A stretch of DNA of 64,000 bases from Longimicrobiales bacterium (GTDB taxonomy: Bacteria; Gemmatimonadota; Gemmatimonadetes; Longimicrobiales; Gaopeijiaceae), in the NCBI GenBank assembly GCA_965116905.1, contig OZ220732.1, forward strand, positions 3,488,001 to 3,552,000. The letters run 5' to 3'. Shown one piece after another: positions 60,265-64,000 of this stretch. A model generated the notes under the pieces. The model did not search any database and was not told where the DNA came from. It was given only the letters and a program-made list of their open reading frames with translations. Each line of letters begins with the position of its first letter. The first letter of the stretch is position 1. Made by a program: the position numbers and the translations under genes.

Positions 60265-60319
60265 GGGGTTCGAAGGGGCAAGGCCCCTCGTCAGCCTCCG
60301 TGTTATACACGGGGTATGC
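60265..60319 (+). promoter_or_regulatory. oriT: oriT-like site truncated just before the nic-like motif
   Basis: GGGGCAAGGCCCC-CGTCAG-CCGTGTTATACACGG-GGTATGC then element terminus D. Confidence 0.5.
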
Positions 60320-60460
60320 GGAACACCTGAGACGCGAATCTCGGCAGGAGATCACGTAAGTTCATACAGGACTGCACGATCTGCCATTCCTGCTTTAGCA
60401 GCACACCTGTTTCGATGGTGTCACAATAGCGGGAAGGACGGAATCGAATGGCGGGAATCC
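60318..60460. repeat. Element-terminus repeat, copy D
   Basis: Ungapped alignment with 7968-8110. Confidence 0.85.
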
Positions 60461-61078
60461 CGGTCGCCTGCAATCCAGTTCCGGCATGCTTGAGCCGCAG
60501 CCGATGAACGCCGCGCCAGTCCGCGTATTGGACCATTGACCTCCCGGTTGAATGACCGATCTCGCGGGCCAGCGACGCATCGGTCACTGCCTGGAGTCGA
60601 CCCGGCTGTCGCGAACGTTGTACAGGATCCCGGCCTACCTTGTCTCGGCGCACTGCGGTGGTCAGCCGCCATCACACTAACGGTATCGTCGTCTGGTAAG
60701 ACGACCGTCTCCAAGGCGTGCTTGTGATTGTCTCTACGGGCGTAGCCGCCTCTCCGCCATTGGAGCCATCAGGAAAGCGGATCTCAAGCCAGCGCTCCCG
60801 GTCAGCCACGCGAGAGCAAGCGAGCCTCCGGCAGGATCGGGCCCAAGGTCCGGGCTCCATCCCGATGTGCCCGCCCCCCCTCGCGGACCTCAATGTTGCG
60901 GGAGTAAGGCCTTCGCCGGATCAATGGACAACAAACGTGACCCGTCGCGGGATCGGTCGCGCGCAAGGGACTATCGAACCGGGCGGTTCGTTCCCCTATT
61001 CCATTCTGCGTTGGGACGCAAGGAAGCCGAGGCCCGAAATCCCAGGAGACCGCGTAGCTGGAGCGCAAGTGATCATGC

Positions 61079-64000
61079 TTACCTTCTCGGCAGTCCCCGT
61101 ATGACCTCGACTTGCGCGTTCGCCGCCATAGCCGCCGCGGATGCCGCGTCGCCGCCAGGCCAGTCACGTGCGATGGTCCGTACCAGGCCCGACCGACGGT
61201 CGAGGATCAACGCCGCCCGCCCTCCGGTATCCCGGTCCAAGGCCGCCGAACCCTCCGGGCCCGTAAGCAAGATACGGTCCAGGGCATCGGTCCACTTGGA
61301 CTCGAAGGGGATCGCGAACAGAAACCTGTTGCCGCCGCCGTGGGCGAGTTCGTCCGGCGCGAAGCTGAACGAGAAGAGGCGTTGCCCCGCCGCATCGAAG
61401 CCCTCGAGCCGGTAGGGACCGAACGTTTCGGGGAGTTTCGGGCGCACGTCGTGGGCGAATGCGGGCTCCAGGCGCAGGTTCCCTTGGTGGACGCCTCCCC
61501 ACAGCAGCAGGGATTCCCGCGGCGGCGCGCTCCGGGCGACACGGGCCCGGGCCGACGCAAGATCCAGCCGATGTTCGAAAGTCCTGATGAAGTTGTGGTC
61601 GGCGAGCCAATTCGGCAGATCGGGTCTCCACTCGGGGCAGTTGTCTGTCCCCATCACGTCGTTGTGCAGTTCGGGATCAAGCAACTGTCCGAACCCCGTG
61701 CCGTCTCCGTCCGTGAACCTGTGTCCCCAGACTCCGATGGAACCGTCGGGGTAGGGGGTGTAGGCCGGGTGACTCGGTGGGACGTTGCACCAGGCATGCC
61801 AAAGGCTCAGGTCGTGGCCGAATTCGTGGGCGAAGACATTCTTGATATGGACGGGATGCCGCCATATCCCGGAGATGGCGGTGTATCCCTCGCCACCGAG
61901 GCCACCGGGCCAATCCGAGGGGAAGATATAGTAGATCCCATGGTAGTATTCGCCCGGGTCACCTTCGAGATGCCTCAGCATATCGATCTCGCCGAAGAGA
62001 TGATTGGCACCGCCGGACTCGATCGTGTCGGCGAACGTGTAGTAGGGCTCCCGGAGCCTCAAGTTCAGGTCGGCGATCGGCATCATCCCCCGGAGGTGGG
62101 CAACCGCACCGTAGGTGTCGGGACCGACCATGTCACGCGTGGTGGCGTCAACGATCGGGTTGCTCTCCCGGCGGGCCTCAGTATGGTACAGCACCGGTAC
62201 GATGGTCTTGTTCAGGGGCGGGAGCTCCCTTACGTCGAGGGCGAGCCGGCCCGAAGCCGGGAACCGGCTCTCGCTTCCCTCCTGCAACGGCAGCACCCCG
62301 TCGGGGTCCAACTCCACAACCATCTCGAGACCAGGTTGCAAGACCCGTCCCGGTATCCTCGCGTTGAATGAATGGGCAAGGCGGCCTTCCTCCACATCGA
62401 CGGGAATGCCCGACTCGGGCGGCTCCAGGGAGGCACGATGCGCCTCCCGGCCACGGACAAAGAAGGTGGCCTGCCCCTCATGCCCGACGGCGTACGGTTC
62501 GTCCGCGGTCGCGAACACGCGGAGCAGCGCGTCACGGCCCGCGATCAGCGGTATGCTGCCGCTCAGATCCTGGGTGACTTGGGTCAGGTGGGCGGCCGGA
62601 ACCGACAGTGCAACGGTCTCGGGGTTGGCCACCACCAGAGCCTCACCCGCGACGATCTCCAATCCCGAACACTTCGGTCCCTCGGTATTCGATTCGGGGT
62701 CCTCGCATACGGTCGGCACCGGGCCGAAGGCAACCGAGACCGCGCCGGAACCAGAGGGTGTTACGTTGACCTCCCGGCCGATCGTGGCGCCCGCCGCGAA
62801 CGACGTGTTGGGGGGCGACAGCGTGCCTCCCCGAACGGTGAGCGGGATTGTCATCGCGAACGGAGCGCCCTCGGCGATGCTGAAACCCAGTGTCGCCGGG
62901 TCCCGCGACATCGCGTCGCCGCCGTCGGTTCGGGTCATCCACACCGTCAGCGCAAACGGAGAGCCCGGGTTCCACCCCCCCAAATGGAGTTCTTTCAGGC
63001 TGGCCAAGCCGGAGAACACCCCCGCGGGGAGGGCGGTCAAATTGTTGTGGGATAAACCCAGCCATTCCAAGCTGGCGAGATCGGAGAACACTCCTTCGGG
63101 CAACGCTGTAAACTGGTTGAGGTCCAATTCCAGCCATACCAGGCTGGTGAGACCGGAGAACACTCCTGCCGGCAATGTGGCCAACTGGTTGCCGCTCAGA
63201 TACAGCTCTCTCAGGTGGGACAGATCGGAGAAGACGCCGGCAGGCAGCTCCGTGAGTCTGTTACCATTCAGACCCACGTGCCGTAGGTTTCGAAGTCCGG
63301 AGAAGGCCCCTTCGGGCAACTCCGCAAGTTCGTTGAATCCCAAGATGATCTCCCGCAGGTTTGAGAGGCCGGAGAACAGCCCCTGGGGCAACGTCGCCAG
63401 GCCGTTGCCGTCCAGATTCAGCCATTCCAGCCCGTGGAGGCCCAGGAAATCGCCTACGCGCAAATCGGTGATCGGGTCATCCTCGCGGCACCCATCCAGC
63501 CACTCCTCCTTCCGAAAGCACAGGCCCAACCCATGGATCGACGCCAAATGCCGGTCTTCGACCTGTGAGCAGCCACCGACCCCGGCCTGTCGTACGATCT
63601 CCTCTGCCACCTGGCGCGTCCGGTCGCACACGCCTTCCTCGATCGTCACCGCTGCGCCGGCAACCTCGCCAAGCCCGTATCCGGCGTCACTTCCCGGCGT
63701 GTCCAGGGTCAGCGTGAACACCTCGCGCGCCGGCTCGATCTCGTCGTCGTCATTGATGGCGATCTCGATCATCGCGGCACTTGCCCCGGCCGCAATCTCG
63801 ACCGCGCCCGCTCCACCGTCGGTGTAGTCGGCCCCGTCCGCGTCCGAGGTCAACGCGTCGCCATCCACGCCGAGCGTGTAGCGCACGCTGATCGCCGAAT
63901 CCGGCACCGGATCCAACGTGAGTCCCAGAGTGACCACACCGCCTTCCGGCGCCGACCCCACGCTGCTGTCCAGTGTCACCCTCGACCCCACCGACACCGT
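61079..64000 (-). CDS. 3' part of Calx-beta/LRR/HExxH metallopeptidase protein (start beyond window)
   Basis: LP.GVFSGL LRRs, ALLRVFAT, FAHEFGH, SLLLWGG; paralogous C-terminus. Confidence 0.85.
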   Translation of the reverse strand, partial: TVSVGSRVTLDSSVGSAPEGGVVTLGLTLDPVPDSAISVRYTLGVDGDALTSDADGADYTDGGAGAVEIAAGASAAMIEIAINDDDEIEPAREVFTLTLDTPGSDAGYGLGEVAGAAVTIEEGVCDRTRQVAEEIVRQAGVGGCSQVEDRHLASIHGLGLCFRKEEWLDGCREDDPITDLRVGDFLGLHGLEWLNLDGNGLATLPQGLFSGLSNLREIILGFNELAELPEGAFSGLRNLRHVGLNGNRLTELPAGVFSDLSHLRELYLSGNQLATLPAGVFSGLTSLVWLELDLNQFTALPEGVFSDLASLEWLGLSHNNLTALPAGVFSGLASLKELHLGGWNPGSPFALTVWMTRTDGGDAMSRDPATLGFSIAEGAPFAMTIPLTVRGGTLSPPNTSFAAGATIGREVNVTPSGSGAVSVAFGPVPTVCEDPESNTEGPKCSGLEIVAGEALVVANPETVALSVPAAHLTQVTQDLSGSIPLIAGRDALLRVFATADEPYAVGHEGQATFFVRGREAHRASLEPPESGIPVDVEEGRLAHSFNARIPGRVLQPGLEMVVELDPDGVLPLQEGSESRFPASGRLALDVRELPPLNKTIVPVLYHTEARRESNPIVDATTRDMVGPDTYGAVAHLRGMMPIADLNLRLREPYYTFADTIESGGANHLFGEIDMLRHLEGDPGEYYHGIYYIFPSDWPGGLGGEGYTAISGIWRHPVHIKNVFAHEFGHDLSLWHAWCNVPPSHPAYTPYPDGSIGVWGHRFTDGDGTGFGQLLDPELHNDVMGTDNCPEWRPDLPNWLADHNFIRTFEHRLDLASARARVARSAPPRESLLLWGGVHQGNLRLEPAFAHDVRPKLPETFGPYRLEGFDAAGQRLFSFSFAPDELAHGGGNRFLFAIPFESKWTDALDRILLTGPEGSAALDRDTGGRAALILDRRSGLVRTIARDWPGGDAASAAAMAANAQVEVIRGLPRR

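Noticed and set aside
7961..60460. Integron attC array explanation for the dispersed terminus repeat
   Set aside because: Copies are dispersed in both orientations, are not long palindromes with RYYYAAC/GTTRRRY ends, and the recombinase shows no obvious IntI-specific insertion
1..64000. CRISPR array, rRNA or tRNA genes
   Set aside because: No regularly spaced repeat-spacer array or recognisable RNA gene; repeats are coding or dispersed

Overview
GC-rich (visually ~65-70%) accessory island with no housekeeping, rRNA, tRNA or CRISPR loci. The large Ig-like/LRR/metallopeptidase lipoproteins resemble those of Gemmatimonadota-type host-associated bacteria (inference only). Left part (1-27.9 kb): a minus-strand type IV secretion operon of an ICE-like element (Cro/AlpA regulator, virB2, B3, B4, B9, B10, trbJ/virB5, B6, B8, a conserved unknown protein and a probable coupling-protein N-terminus). 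Its trbJ gene is split in-frame by an 18-kb integrative mobilizable element (P4-type integrase, AlpA, mobC-relaxase-mbeB/D, 14-bp att repeats). The relaxase gene of that element is in turn split in-frame by a 6.4-kb tyrosine-recombinase element (9-bp repeats) carrying nucleases and three oriT-like sites. A ~145-bp terminus of the inner element recurs four times, twice inside oriT-like sites and twice downstream of LRR-peptidase genes. Middle (28-52 kb): two LuxR-type regulators, a recurring candidate operator, an SDR, and giant surface proteins whose C-termini show a recurrent dockerin-like tag paired with a cohesin-like lipoprotein module. Right part: a second, disrupted mobC/relaxase module with IS481 and a deleted IS21 (istA-istB fusion), a NucS-domain gene, a frameshifted GmrSD gene, and another LRR-peptidase gene running off the window.
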